From positions 192,001 through 256,000 of the forward strand of contig CAVRCF010000005.1 of NCBI GenBank assembly GCA_963719505.1: DNA of 64,000 bases, written 5' to 3'. The DNA comes from Halobacteriovoraceae bacterium. Its GTDB lineage: Bacteria > Bdellovibrionota > Bacteriovoracia > Bacteriovoracales > Bacteriovoracaceae. The position numbers and the translations under genes were made by a program. This document shows, one piece after another, positions 19,940 through 29,511 of the stretch; the stretch's first letter is position 1, and every line of letters begins with the position of its first letter. The notes beneath the pieces are model-generated. The model made no database searches. It had not been told where the DNA came from and saw nothing but the letters and a program-made list of their open reading frames with translations.

Positions 19940-20581
19940 ATGAAAAATATAATATCAAAATCTAGTCTTATTTTTGCAATCAGTTTATCCGCATTTTCTC
20001 AGGTCGGAAGTCCAGTGGACTTTGAAGATAGATCTTTACTCGATCTACCGGTGGGGACAGTTGTAACTCTTGATGGCAAGCACCTAAGAAAAATTCAATC
20101 TGAGTGTCCTAATAAAAACAAAGTAAAAATGCTCGTTAATGGAAGAGAAGAAGTTGAGATAGAAACAGCTGATTTACTTTTTCGTGACGGAGATGTGGAA
20201 TGTTCCGGTGGAACTGATCTTGCCCTTATCTACAATGATATTGCCGGTCGCCATATAAGTGTGAAGGGAAAAATCCAAGATAAAACACCGCTAAAATGTA
20301 CAGTTAAAGAAGTGACAGAATTTGAAGGGAGTCTTGCCGTCTATCTCGATAGTCCATGTTCTGTAGCTGTTTTCTTTAAAAGAAGTCTGCTCGACTTTAG
20401 ATCTGTTAAAGACCTATCGATCAAAAGCTTTCAGTACAATCTTGGTAAGTATATAACTTTCAACCTCGATCACACTCATAAAGCACCTTTAAATGTAAGT
20501 TCTGAGTCTGGCCAAAAAGCGGATACTTCACCAAGTTTAAGTTCATCAACAAACAGTCCAAGTCGCGCTATTTTTGAATAG
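19940..20581 (+). CDS. Secreted hypothetical protein with Ser-rich C-terminal tail
   Basis: AGGAG RBS, signal peptide, four Cys, low-complexity tail. Confidence 0.8.
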   Translation: MKNIISKSSLIFAISLSAFSQVGSPVDFEDRSLLDLPVGTVVTLDGKHLRKIQSECPNKNKVKMLVNGREEVEIETADLLFRDGDVECSGGTDLALIYNDIAGRHISVKGKIQDKTPLKCTVKEVTEFEGSLAVYLDSPCSVAVFFKRSLLDFRSVKDLSIKSFQYNLGKYITFNLDHTHKAPLNVSSESGQKADTSPSLSSSTNSPSRAIFE

Positions 20582-20590
20582 AAAAAGGCG

Positions 20591-20953
20591 CTATTTTTTA
20601 GCTTTTTCCAAGTTAATAAAAAAATCATCTGATTTAAATGAAGGTTTGTAGTAAGCGTAAATCTTACTCGTAAGACTCTTAATGGGTGCTCCAATTTGAA
20701 AGATCTATTTTTTCTCAATCTCCACTTGTACTGAGTTTGTGGGAGGAATAGCAAAACAATCTAGGTTTAAGAGAGTTTTCTTTGTTAGGTTTATATCATC
20801 AATCTCCGCAATTGTTACGGGATTAACCTTTTGGTCATGCAAAAAGGTTAGTATCTTGAAGTGGAGATCTGAATCAGATGTATAATTAATAAACTTGAAA
20901 TTTGTAAGAGCCTTTATTTTATTGGTTTTTGATATTCACTCAGGAGAGCTCAT
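20591..20953 (-). pseudogene. Decayed fragment of a LysR-type substrate-binding domain
   Basis: 121 codons in one frame with stops at 20936 (TGA) and 20705 (TAG); reads FINYTSDSDLHFKI...PVTIAEIDDINLTKK...FAIPP.NSVQ.EIEKK*IFQIG. Confidence 0.55.
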
Positions 20954-21018
20954 AGATCTAAATATAAACTTCGAGTCAATTCTTAAAAATATAATGGAAA
21001 TTTATCGCCTAGACTAAA

Positions 21019-21954
21019 TTAGATTTGCGCTATCAAACGATTAGCTTCATCGGTTGAGTAGTCATGACGATTCAGATGTTGGATAAGTCTATCTTTTTCA
21101 TCACCTTCATAATCTAGACTCGACTCTTGATCGGCGCATTCCTCGTAAAGAGAAAACCAGGGTTCTTTGTTAAATCTGTCCATCATTAAGTTGTAGAGTA
21201 ACTCCTGAGTCGCATCACTAAGGTCCATTGTATCGACAGTAAGTTGCTCAAAAAGGTTGAGAAGTTTAGATATCTCAATTGTGGACACAAAAGCTTTTAG
21301 GAATTTATCAGAAGATTTCGTATTGATTGACTGAAGATAGTCGGCGTAAAATATTTTTTTAAGGACACTTTGCTCAGTCTCTTGCTTTAAAATACTCAAG
21401 CCATTATCGAAATAATGCCACTGAGGGGTATCGAGATCAGTAATAGTTCTAATACACAGACTAACTGTGGGAGCACTTAAATGGACTACCCTGTGGTTAA
21501 AGCTTACTCCTCTTGGGATGATTTCACAGTCACCAGGACTTAGTATTTTTGAGTTCTCTTTGATAAGTGCGTTTAGAGCAACATCTTGAGAGAATTCATT
21601 TTTCATCTCGATTTTAAAAGTCTCGTGAAGTGACTTTCCAAAGAGAACCTTAAAAGCTCCATTAAAAGCATGACTATGCAAAGATGTATCTGCATGCATC
21701 CAAAAGTAGATATCCACCACAAAACTTTCATTATTAAAGACTGTCACGGGAGGTTGACCAAAAGCATTATAGACATTGAGTTGTCTTGGTAAGGGGTTTT
21801 TAAGAAGCCATTTTCCCAGACTGTCACTAAAGGATTCTAAATCAGTTGTGATATCAAGACTGGATAAAACCTCAAGACACTTTTGATTAAATTCGTCGGG
21901 TTTGAGGTTCTCTTTTTCTAGCGCTGGGCCAATTTCTAATATTTTTTCTAGCAT
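21019..21954 (-). CDS. Hypothetical protein with cupin-like (cysteine dioxygenase-like) motif
   Basis: YFW...TSLHSHAF.GAFKVL.G and a later HRVVH. Confidence 0.55.
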   Translation of the reverse strand: MLEKILEIGPALEKENLKPDEFNQKCLEVLSSLDITTDLESFSDSLGKWLLKNPLPRQLNVYNAFGQPPVTVFNNESFVVDIYFWMHADTSLHSHAFNGAFKVLFGKSLHETFKIEMKNEFSQDVALNALIKENSKILSPGDCEIIPRGVSFNHRVVHLSAPTVSLCIRTITDLDTPQWHYFDNGLSILKQETEQSVLKKIFYADYLQSINTKSSDKFLKAFVSTIEISKLLNLFEQLTVDTMDLSDATQELLYNLMMDRFNKEPWFSLYEECADQESSLDYEGDEKDRLIQHLNRHDYSTDEANRLIAQI

Positions 21955-22030
21955 TTTTTTAATTTACCACAGCTTTTGCGTGAAGATTATTTTTTTAGCC
22001 AATTATTTTTACTTCGCCTATAATGAGCGA

Positions 22031-23137
22031 ATGAAAAATATATTAGTTCTTAGTTCTCTCTTTTTTACTTTTTATTCTCACTCTCAGGATATATCCAAAG
22101 AGTTGGAGGTTATTCGATCCGAGTATTCCTTGCCCTCTCTAAGTGGTGCGACTGTTAAAAAGGGTGAGATGATTATTTCTGGAGTGACAGGTATTAGAAA
22201 GATTGGTTTCTCAAACAAAGTGGAACTGGGTGATAAGCACCATCTGGGCTCGTGCTCAAAATCAATAACGGCTTTATTGGCAGCCAAACTAATTGACTTA
22301 AAACTTTTATCTTGGAAGTCTAAATTATCTGAGCTTTTACCAGATATTCAGATGCATGAAGAGCTTAAAAATGTTGAGTTTGAGCTTCTTTTTGTTCACC
22401 GCTCAGGCTTAGTTGAGAACCTAGAGTATTTTTCAAAGGAGTGGATTGAAGAGCACCTACAAAATAAAAAGTACTCAGCTAGAGTAAGCAGATCGTTTCT
22501 GGCAAATGCGGTGTTAACTCACAAACCCAAATACCAAGCTAGGGTAGACGATAAGTATTCTAATATGGGGTACATGATAGCGGCCCATATATTAGAGAAT
22601 CTAACAAATTCAAGCTTTGAAGATCTTTTGAAAAAATATATATTTAAGCCTTTAAAGATGACTTCTTGTGGAGTTGGTTTAGCGACTAATCCAGCTCTTA
22701 AAGATCCCTTACAGCCTTGGGGACATTATCTTGATGAAGATAACCTAAAGCCCGTCCATGATGATAATCCACCAGCATATGGTCCCGCTGGGGCGATTTT
22801 TTGCTCCCTTAAAGATTGGGGTAAATACCTGAGTCTTCACATAGAGGGTTTTAATAATAGAGGCCAGTTTTTGAGTAAAGAGAATTTTGCAAAGCTATAC
22901 GAGAAATACCCAGCAAAAGATAATAATTATACTTTTGGTGGATGGAATAGGCTTGAGCGTAAATGGTCAAATGGAGATGTCCTGCAACATACGGGGACGA
23001 ATACTTTTAATTATGCAAACGTTTGGGTGGCGCCCCATATTGAAACAGCTCTCATGAGTACAATAAACGCCTACAGAGGTTTTAAAGCGACAGACTCCGC
23101 GATCGCTTTAATGATTAAAAAGCTCAAGACTCCGTGA
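22031..23137 (+). CDS. Secreted serine hydrolase (class C beta-lactamase fold)
   Basis: Signal peptide from ATG 22031; GSCSK (SxxK), YSN, HTG. Confidence 0.9.
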   Translation: MKNILVLSSLFFTFYSHSQDISKELEVIRSEYSLPSLSGATVKKGEMIISGVTGIRKIGFSNKVELGDKHHLGSCSKSITALLAAKLIDLKLLSWKSKLSELLPDIQMHEELKNVEFELLFVHRSGLVENLEYFSKEWIEEHLQNKKYSARVSRSFLANAVLTHKPKYQARVDDKYSNMGYMIAAHILENLTNSSFEDLLKKYIFKPLKMTSCGVGLATNPALKDPLQPWGHYLDEDNLKPVHDDNPPAYGPAGAIFCSLKDWGKYLSLHIEGFNNRGQFLSKENFAKLYEKYPAKDNNYTFGGWNRLERKWSNGDVLQHTGTNTFNYANVWVAPHIETALMSTINAYRGFKATDSAIALMIKKLKTP

Positions 23138-23164
23138 TGTTTTTGAGAATCTTGAGCTGTTAAC

Positions 23165-23335
23165 TTATTTTTCAAGAGTCTTTTCAATTTCTGTGTGGTC
23201 GTTTTGAACAAGATGTCCATCCGCTTCAGCGCCTTTGCCAATAACGTCTTCCTTTAGGAATTCCTCTTCCTTTTGGATGGCTTTTTTAGCGGTTTCATTG
23301 TCTTTTAAATAATTTCTTTCTTTATTTTTTTCCAT
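23165..23335 (-). CDS. Small charged protein (56 aa, not in ORF track)
   Basis: AGGAGG RBS; MEKNKERNYLKDNETAKKAIQKEEEFLKEDVIGKGAEADGHLVQNDHTEIEKTLEK. Confidence 0.7.
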   Translation of the reverse strand: MEKNKERNYLKDNETAKKAIQKEEEFLKEDVIGKGAEADGHLVQNDHTEIEKTLEK

Positions 23336-23533
23336 AATTCCTCCTGAGATTAATCTATCTCAATTGTTTTTCGCAAACCTTAAAGAGATATGAAAAAATG
23401 TGTAAGAAACTAGTTACATACTAATAAAGAGACTTAATATGAAGATTTTTTTACTTTTACTAGGGGCGTTGAAGCACCATAAAATAGCTTTATCTATTTT
23501 TTAAATTGTTTATAATTAAAGAGCGAGGTAACC

Positions 23534-23872
23534 ATGTTTGAAGTGCTTTATAATTTATCTAATGAAAAATTTTGTGTCGTTGAAATAAGACGTCTCGATC
23601 TAGCTGATGAGAGCGACAAGTCGAAAGTCTATTCATGGTTCCACGTAGATATTGAAAAAAAGAATATTGAAAAGTTGTCCTTTAAGTCATCGCGAGAAGA
23701 GGATGTTCAGGGCAAAATGATGAATATTAGAATCTTTGAAAATGCAGAGCTTCGATTTGATAAGATGTTTAGCCGTTTTATCTCAAACGCTCATGAGCAT
23801 ATTCTGATGAACTGCGCGGGTTCAGCCCTTCCAAAAGAAGTGAAAGAGCTGATAGAGAACTATTTAAAGTAA
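23534..23872 (+). CDS. Hypothetical protein
   Basis: GAGG RBS, TATAAT upstream, 112-aa ORF. Confidence 0.7.
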   Translation: MFEVLYNLSNEKFCVVEIRRLDLADESDKSKVYSWFHVDIEKKNIEKLSFKSSREEDVQGKMMNIRIFENAELRFDKMFSRFISNAHEHILMNCAGSALPKEVKELIENYLK

Positions 23873-24165
23873 TTTAATTTTTCGTCGCGAGAGAATGTGA
23901 GTATTTTTGTCTGTTTCTTCTCGGTACTAATATACTCTATAAAATCTTTCGATTTCGAATTGCTTACATTTCTATCGACAATGACAAAGTCATAGGGATC
24001 ATGCTCTAACTTTTGAACAAGCTTTGCTCCGTCCATATAGCTGTCGACAAATTTTATTCCAAGGTCAACTTCTTGGTCTTTAAAGAAATCTAAAATCTCA
24101 ACTCTCATTGTGGGTTTTGTGAGTACGATAAGGGCTTGCTTAAAATTTAAGTCACTTAGTTCCAT
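23860..24165 (-). CDS. Small degenerate receiver-like protein
   Basis: YDFVIVD resembles the REC phosphoacceptor strand; overlaps the YcaO gene end. Confidence 0.5.
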   Translation of the reverse strand: MELSDLNFKQALIVLTKPTMRVEILDFFKDQEVDLGIKFVDSYMDGAKLVQKLEHDPYDFVIVDRNVSNSKSKDFIEYISTEKKQTKILTFSRDEKLNYFK

Positions 24166-26327
24166 GAATTCCTTTTAGTGAGAAGCTTTTTATAGCTCTC
24201 TATTAACTTTTGATGTTTGTCTAAATTATCTAGTTTGCTATTTGTTTGTTCCATTCCATAAAATTTCACATCCCCTCGAAGAGTGCTTATTGCAGTGGAG
24301 TAGAGTTTGTCGGTGAACATTCTTTTCAAGTTTTCTTCATAGTTTTTATGACTCTCTTCTTCATCTTGCTCTATATGGATAAGAGCATCTAAAAGTTGAA
24401 AGAATCTTCTTCTTTTGGGGAGATTGTCATTAAACTTACTAAGCATTTCAACGTACTCTTGGGCCTCTTCTAAGTTGCCTATAGCAAGGAGTGAGAGAGC
24501 TTTCAGTTCTCCGATATTGAGTTGTCCCCATACTGAGTTCTCATCAAAAGCGATACCAATAAGCTCGGAGATAGGCATATAATTATCGAGCTCACTCTCA
24601 TCTAGATTCGAGACAAGTGTCGCAAGCTCTTCATTTGTTAAAGAGTGTATATTTAAAATTCGTTCTCTGTAATTTAGGGCTTGATTATTATTATTCCAAA
24701 TTAAATCCTCAATAGGATAAATTTCAGAAAATCCTGGAACTAAGATTCTACAACCTTTTGCCCCTAAGTCTTCATAATCTGCTATATAGGCTTCTAACTC
24801 CAACTCTTCTAACATGTTGAAAAGATAGTCGTGTTCGACTTGTGTCGATCCTTCTATATTCCAGTCGACAAATTTGTAGTCAGGACTATTGCTAAAGAAT
24901 CTCCACGATATAACGCCTGTGGAATCAATAAAGTGATCAATAATATTATTTTGTTCACTGATGGCAAAACTAGAAAACGTCGGAGGAAGAATATCATTCA
25001 TGCCTTCAAAACTTCTTCCCTGCAATAGTTCTGTAAGACTCCTTTCAAGAGCCACTTCAAACTTTGGATGAGAACCAAATGAGGCAAAGACGCCGCCATT
25101 TTTTGGGTTCATAAGGGTGACACAAAGAACAGGGAATTGACCACCCAAAGAAGCATCCTTGACCACAATGGGGAATCCCTTGCTTTCAAGTTCTTTGATA
25201 CCTTCTTCTATCTTTGGAAATCTTGCGATGACGTCCTTTGGAACATCTGGGAGAGTGATCTCTTCAGTAATAATCTTGTTTTTGATAGCTCTTTCATAAA
25301 TCTCAGAGAGCGCTTGTACACGTGCTTCAGTGATAGTATTTCCAGCACTCATACCGTTGCTAACGAAAAGATTACCAATAAGATTAACTGGGATAAAGCT
25401 CACTTTTTTATCCGAAAAACGGGTAAAAGGAATGGCACATATTCCTCTTTCACTATTTCCTGAGTTTGTATCAATAAGATGCGAGAGTTGAAGTTCACCA
25501 TCTTGAGCGTAGGTTTCTAAAAGGTATCCATCCATTAATTCGGGATGAAAGTCTTCTGAAACTGGAAACCATCTTTCATCTTTGTAATGGACAAAGGGTG
25601 AGTTTGAGATTTCTTCCCCTAGATAAAAGTCGTTATAGAAGTAATTATTACTTATTCTTTCTAGGTATTCTCCAAGTGCCGAACAAAGAGCTGCATCTTT
25701 CGTTGCCCCTTTTCCATTTGTGTAACACATAGGACTGTGGGCGTCTCTAACATGAACGGACCAAACATGGGGGACAAGGTTTCGCCAAGAGGCAATCTCT
25801 ATTGTGATTCCTAGATCTTCAATGATTGATGTCATGGTTTTTATTGTCTGTTCTAAAGGGAGATCTTTGCCAAGAATATGTGTTTTTGAGTCCTTTGTTT
25901 CAGACTCATAGATAACTCCTCCAGAAGGTTTTGAAGCGGTTATGGCATCAATTTTAAATTCTGGTGAGTTTTGAATCACTCTTTTAACGGAGCATCTCTC
26001 CATTGCGGCAATGATTCCTTTTTGATCTTTATCAGATATTGTGTCTGGGAGTTGTAATTGGATATGAATCGTTTGTTTGTACCTATTTTCAGGATCAACA
26101 ATATTGTTTTGTGTCAGGGTAATATCATTTGTAGAGATATCGCGGGCTTTGCAGTAGACCTTAACGAAGTAGGCCGCACACATGGCCGAGGATGCTAGAA
26201 AGTAGTCAAAGGGACCAGGCGCTGTAGCGTCACCTTTATAGCGAACAGGCTGATCAGAGACAATATTGTAATCATCAAAATTAGCTTGAAGCCTTAAATT
26301 TTCTAAATACTCTACGTTAACTTGCAT
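24156..26327 (-). CDS. OsmC-domain/YcaO-domain fusion protein
   Basis: N-terminal OsmC (DQP...GP.DYFLAS.AMC, C-SVKR); YcaO motifs TNGKGAT..AALCSALGEY.ER, SNGMSAGN, SEIYER, LERSLTELLQGR. Confidence 0.92.
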   Translation of the reverse strand: MQVNVEYLENLRLQANFDDYNIVSDQPVRYKGDATAPGPFDYFLASSAMCAAYFVKVYCKARDISTNDITLTQNNIVDPENRYKQTIHIQLQLPDTISDKDQKGIIAAMERCSVKRVIQNSPEFKIDAITASKPSGGVIYESETKDSKTHILGKDLPLEQTIKTMTSIIEDLGITIEIASWRNLVPHVWSVHVRDAHSPMCYTNGKGATKDAALCSALGEYLERISNNYFYNDFYLGEEISNSPFVHYKDERWFPVSEDFHPELMDGYLLETYAQDGELQLSHLIDTNSGNSERGICAIPFTRFSDKKVSFIPVNLIGNLFVSNGMSAGNTITEARVQALSEIYERAIKNKIITEEITLPDVPKDVIARFPKIEEGIKELESKGFPIVVKDASLGGQFPVLCVTLMNPKNGGVFASFGSHPKFEVALERSLTELLQGRSFEGMNDILPPTFSSFAISEQNNIIDHFIDSTGVISWRFFSNSPDYKFVDWNIEGSTQVEHDYLFNMLEELELEAYIADYEDLGAKGCRILVPGFSEIYPIEDLIWNNNNQALNYRERILNIHSLTNEELATLVSNLDESELDNYMPISELIGIAFDENSVWGQLNIGELKALSLLAIGNLEEAQEYVEMLSKFNDNLPKRRRFFQLLDALIHIEQDEEESHKNYEENLKRMFTDKLYSTAISTLRGDVKFYGMEQTNSKLDNLDKHQKLIESYKKLLTKRNSWN

Positions 26328-26330
26328 TTA

Positions 26331-26681
26331 TTACCTTGCTGAGCAGTTCATATAACGAGTGAAGTAGAAACCTTCGAACATCGCCTCAATATGACCTTTT
26401 ATTTTATCTGGTCTGTTTTGGACATCAGCGTTTTTAAAAGACAAGACTGTGGGCTCTGTTTGGCCGTAGAAAAAGAATGACGTGACCTTTTGACCACGCT
26501 CAATACTACCAGCATAAGCCTGAGTGATAAGGTCATATCTGCTTATATCTCGTACCCAAATATGAGTTGATCTATCTGTATGAAGATCGAGTTCAATTCG
26601 ATAACCATTTGTTTCACAAACATAGTCTTTGGCCATGGCAAAATTTGAAAGAACAAGTGAGAGAAGGATAATGACTTTCAT
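26331..26681 (-). CDS. Secreted hypothetical protein
   Basis: Signal peptide ...NFAMA; terminal Cys pair; tightly spaced in an operon with ycaO. Confidence 0.75.
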   Translation of the reverse strand: MKVIILLSLVLSNFAMAKDYVCETNGYRIELDLHTDRSTHIWVRDISRYDLITQAYAGSIERGQKVTSFFFYGQTEPTVLSFKNADVQNRPDKIKGHIEAMFEGFYFTRYMNCSAR

Positions 26682-27539
26682 TTAATTTCCTTTGTTTAAA
26701 AATTGTTTAAAGTTTTCTTTAAGTGTTGGACAGTTAAAAATATTTTTATGATTGATACGGACAAAAGGAATATGTTCTTCTTTTGAGATACAATTGACTG
26801 AAAGATTAAGGTTGATGTCTGCTGAGGGAATTGAATTTCCTCTCACTTTTGCAACGCCTAGACTTCCGTCATCACTTTTTTGATAGTGATTAATAAAAAG
26901 CTCAGTGTTTTGAAGTTTCTTATAAAACCTAGAGTTAGACATCGTCAAAATATTTCGAAGAGCACCAAAGGCGAGAAACCCTTTTCTTACGGGATCAAAA
27001 AAGATAACAGCTTTTATAGGCTCATTTCTAGCATTGAGAGATCTTATAAATCTATGTGCGCCATTAGATCCCCAGCTTGTTGCGATAACTTTTATGTTTT
27101 TACCAATGAGGTCTTTATGACATTGAAGTGCAGCTTTTAAGTCAGAATTTGAAAAGTAAAAATATTCTCGATCTTTATCAAAAGCTTTCTGCTCTCGCAA
27201 AAAACGAAGGGTAGAGGAGTTGGATTTTTTTAGCTCAAATAGGGATAGGGCATAGGAATCAAAAAACCTTTTAAAGCTTTCATCAGGATATATCACTTTG
27301 TCTTCGCGGCTAACAATATTGAAAAATCTTGGAGAGTAGACTCCGCCGCCTTCAAAAACAAAAATAACATCTTTTGTTTGAGGGGAAACTTTATTTGAAC
27401 AATTTAGTTGGGTTGTCTCATAGGATAGTTTCTCAAGCATTGAGCTAAAATCGCACAATTTTTTGGATTCCTCTGATAGAGAATCGCAGTTCGCATGTGC
27501 GCCTAATGCGAATAAAAAGATAAAGAAGTAGATTTTCAT
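26682..27539 (-). CDS. Secreted alpha/beta-hydrolase-like protein
   Basis: Signal peptide from ATG 27539; nucleophile-elbow-like IATSWGS, then FFDPV and a C-terminal His. Confidence 0.55.
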   Translation of the reverse strand: MKIYFFIFLFALGAHANCDSLSEESKKLCDFSSMLEKLSYETTQLNCSNKVSPQTKDVIFVFEGGGVYSPRFFNIVSREDKVIYPDESFKRFFDSYALSLFELKKSNSSTLRFLREQKAFDKDREYFYFSNSDLKAALQCHKDLIGKNIKVIATSWGSNGAHRFIRSLNARNEPIKAVIFFDPVRKGFLAFGALRNILTMSNSRFYKKLQNTELFINHYQKSDDGSLGVAKVRGNSIPSADINLNLSVNCISKEEHIPFVRINHKNIFNCPTLKENFKQFLNKGN

Positions 27540-27632
27540 TGTGTGGATATAGCTTATGGAGAGGCATAAACCTAGTATAGTGTTGATTTTATACACTTCA
27601 CGCGAAACATCTTTATGTGATTTTAGATAGTT

Positions 27633-27673
27633 ATACTTTGGGCTTGGTCATTTCTAGGTCAGGCCCAAAGTAT
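27633..27673 (-). terminator. Inverted repeat, probable terminator of the 27696-27968 gene
   Basis: ATACTTTGGGCTTG / CAGGCCCAAAGTAT 14-bp stem with one non-Watson-Crick position. Confidence 0.55.
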
Positions 27674-27695
27674 TATCTTTTAGAAAACTATTTTC

Positions 27696-27968
27696 TTAGT
27701 GGCGAGTTTCTTCTCGGACAGCGTCTATGAGTTCATCCTTATTCATATAACTTCGCCCTTCTATTTCAAGTTCTCGGGCCATATTATACATCTGTTCTTT
27801 TGTTCTATATTCATAATGACTATGAGGCACACCAGTGTCTAAATCGGGCTCTTGTTGTAAAGGCTCAAGACTTTCACTTTCTTCATGAGAAACTAGCGGA
27901 TGCCCAATAATTTGTGCATAAACTTCTTTAAATTTCTTAGCGTTAGCATTTGTCATTCCAGTAATCAT
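27696..27968 (-). CDS. Small protein with Rho-N (helix-extension-helix) domain
   Basis: AAGGAG RBS; TKEQMYNMARELEIEGRSYMNKDELIDAV matches the Rho_N-like pattern. Confidence 0.8.
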   Translation of the reverse strand: MITGMTNANAKKFKEVYAQIIGHPLVSHEESESLEPLQQEPDLDTGVPHSHYEYRTKEQMYNMARELEIEGRSYMNKDELIDAVREETRH

Positions 27969-28077
27969 AATAGCTCCTTGTTGCTTTATTCTTGTTAAAA
28001 TCTTATTTCTTTGGACGGTAATATAATTCCTGTGTTTAACTAAATATTATGTAGATTTCTTTACTTGATTTGAACTG

Positions 28078-29402
28078 TATAGAAACTAGACGATTATGTC
28101 CTATCCTTATTTCTCAGCGATTATGTCCTATTCAATAATATTTATGTACCCTGATTCCAATCAGTTATCAGGGGAATTGAATGGGAAAAGTCACTATGTC
28201 ACAAAAAGAATTGAAGCAGTATCGCCTGGCCATGGATGTTATTGAAGGTAAGTTAACTATAATTTCCTTCTCTGAACAGATTGGAAAATCGTATCGACAA
28301 TCTCAGAGAATTATCAATAAAGTTAAGGCCAAGGGTTCGATTGGTGTCTTACATGGAAACATTAATCGAACTCCTCACAATAAAACTCCATTCGAAGTTG
28401 AAGAAAAAATAGTCTCTCTTCTAAAAAATCAATATCGAAACTTTAATCTAACTCATTTTCGAGAAAAGATAGAAGAGTATGAGGAAATTAAAATCAAAAA
28501 AGATGCACTTCACTCAATTGCTAGGAAACATTGCCTTGTAAAACATCCTAAACGAAGAGGAAGACGGTGCCATAAACCAAGAGCAAGACTTCCAAAAGAA
28601 GGGATGATGATTCAGTTTGATGGAAGTGATCATACTTGGTTCGGTGATGAAAGAACTGATTTGATTGGAGGAATTGATGATGCTACCGGGATTGTTGTTG
28701 GTGCTGAATTTTTCTATGGAGAGACGTCAAATAACTCTCTGAAGGTGATTAGGGAGATCGTTGATAACTATGGATTGCCAGAAAGTTTCTATATGGACCA
28801 AGCAGGTATTTATGGTAAGAAAGAGCGCGAGTGGGAATCACAAATTTCGAGAGCATTTGATCAAACAGGAATTCAATTAATCTTAGCAGGTTCTTCTCAA
28901 GCAAAGGGAAGAATAGAGAGACTCTGGAGAACATTCCAAGACAGACTGGTAGCGGAGTTAGAATTTAATCACATAACAAATATTGAAGAAGCCAATTATT
29001 ACTTAAAAGAGATTTTTATTCCTGCATACAATTTTCAATTCTCAGTCAAAGCCGAAGAAGAAGAAGAAAAAGCCTGGAGAAAAAATGTTTTTGGAGACCT
29101 AGATATTATATTTTGTAAAAAGATTAGGCGAAAAATTATGGTTGGAAATGTATTTAGTTGGGAGAATGTGACTTGGGTGTTGGATGAAAAAAGGTGTTTC
29201 TATGGACGAGAAATCAATATAAATATTCACCTTGATGGAAGCTACAGCTTCGATGTGATGGGCAGAAAAGTTCAATGTAAAGTTAGTAATAGGAAAAGAT
29301 TAAGTGACTATGGTGATAAGTCGAAACACAGAAAAAGCGCTTAAAGTCTGATAGGACATAATCGCTCAGAAATTAACCGGACATAATTGCCCAGAAACAA
29401 CA
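28078..29402 (+). mobile_element. IS1202-family insertion sequence (ISTde1-subgroup-like)
   Basis: Tandem binding repeats CGATTATGTCCTAT at 28091 and 28118, inverted at 29351 and (shorter) 29379; ends TAT/TGT; flanking direct repeat TACTTGATTTGAACTG (28062-28077 and 29403-29418), extendable to 21 bp. Confidence 0.85.
28181..29344 (+). CDS. IS1202/ISNCY-family DDE transposase
   Basis: HGN..R.PHN, MIQFDGSDHTWF, IDDATG, FYMDQ, SSQAKGRIERLWRTFQDRL; RBS within hairpin CCCTGAT/ATCAGGG (28149-28173). Confidence 0.95.
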   Translation: MGKVTMSQKELKQYRLAMDVIEGKLTIISFSEQIGKSYRQSQRIINKVKAKGSIGVLHGNINRTPHNKTPFEVEEKIVSLLKNQYRNFNLTHFREKIEEYEEIKIKKDALHSIARKHCLVKHPKRRGRRCHKPRARLPKEGMMIQFDGSDHTWFGDERTDLIGGIDDATGIVVGAEFFYGETSNNSLKVIREIVDNYGLPESFYMDQAGIYGKKEREWESQISRAFDQTGIQLILAGSSQAKGRIERLWRTFQDRLVAELEFNHITNIEEANYYLKEIFIPAYNFQFSVKAEEEEEKAWRKNVFGDLDIIFCKKIRRKIMVGNVFSWENVTWVLDEKRCFYGREININIHLDGSYSFDVMGRKVQCKVSNRKRLSDYGDKSKHRKSA

Positions 29403-29511
29403 TACTTGATTTGAACTGTATAGCTTTTAGACAGCCCTCTGTAATAGTGTAAAGAGCCTTAATTCCAAGCTTAAAGTTTGCTAGTATTTATAAAAACTTG
29501 TTGGAGCTCAG

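Noticed and set aside
15200-20600. Integron cassette array
   Set aside because: No tyrosine integrase and no repeated attC-like sites; genes are in mixed orientation
16206-20938. Stop-codon reassignment or programmed read-through explaining the in-frame TAG/TGA
   Set aside because: Intact genes end normally at TAA, TAG and TGA, and the transposase also carries a frameshift, so decay is the simpler explanation
23401-23418. GacA/UvrY box
   Set aside because: Resembles TGTAAG-N6-CTTACA with one mismatch, but there is no GGA-rich Rsm-type RNA nearby; kept only as an unassigned palindrome
28030-28057. dif/Xer-like site next to the IS1202-family element (TTATGTAGATT resembles a XerD arm)
   Set aside because: Only a partial match to the XerD arm and no credible XerC arm; the long TSD does not fit the Xer-targeting subgroup as I recall it
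28091-28131. CRISPR-like repeat (CGATTATGTCCTAT x2)
   Set aside because: Only two 14-bp units, mirrored at the other IS end; these are transposase-binding repeats, and no cas genes are present
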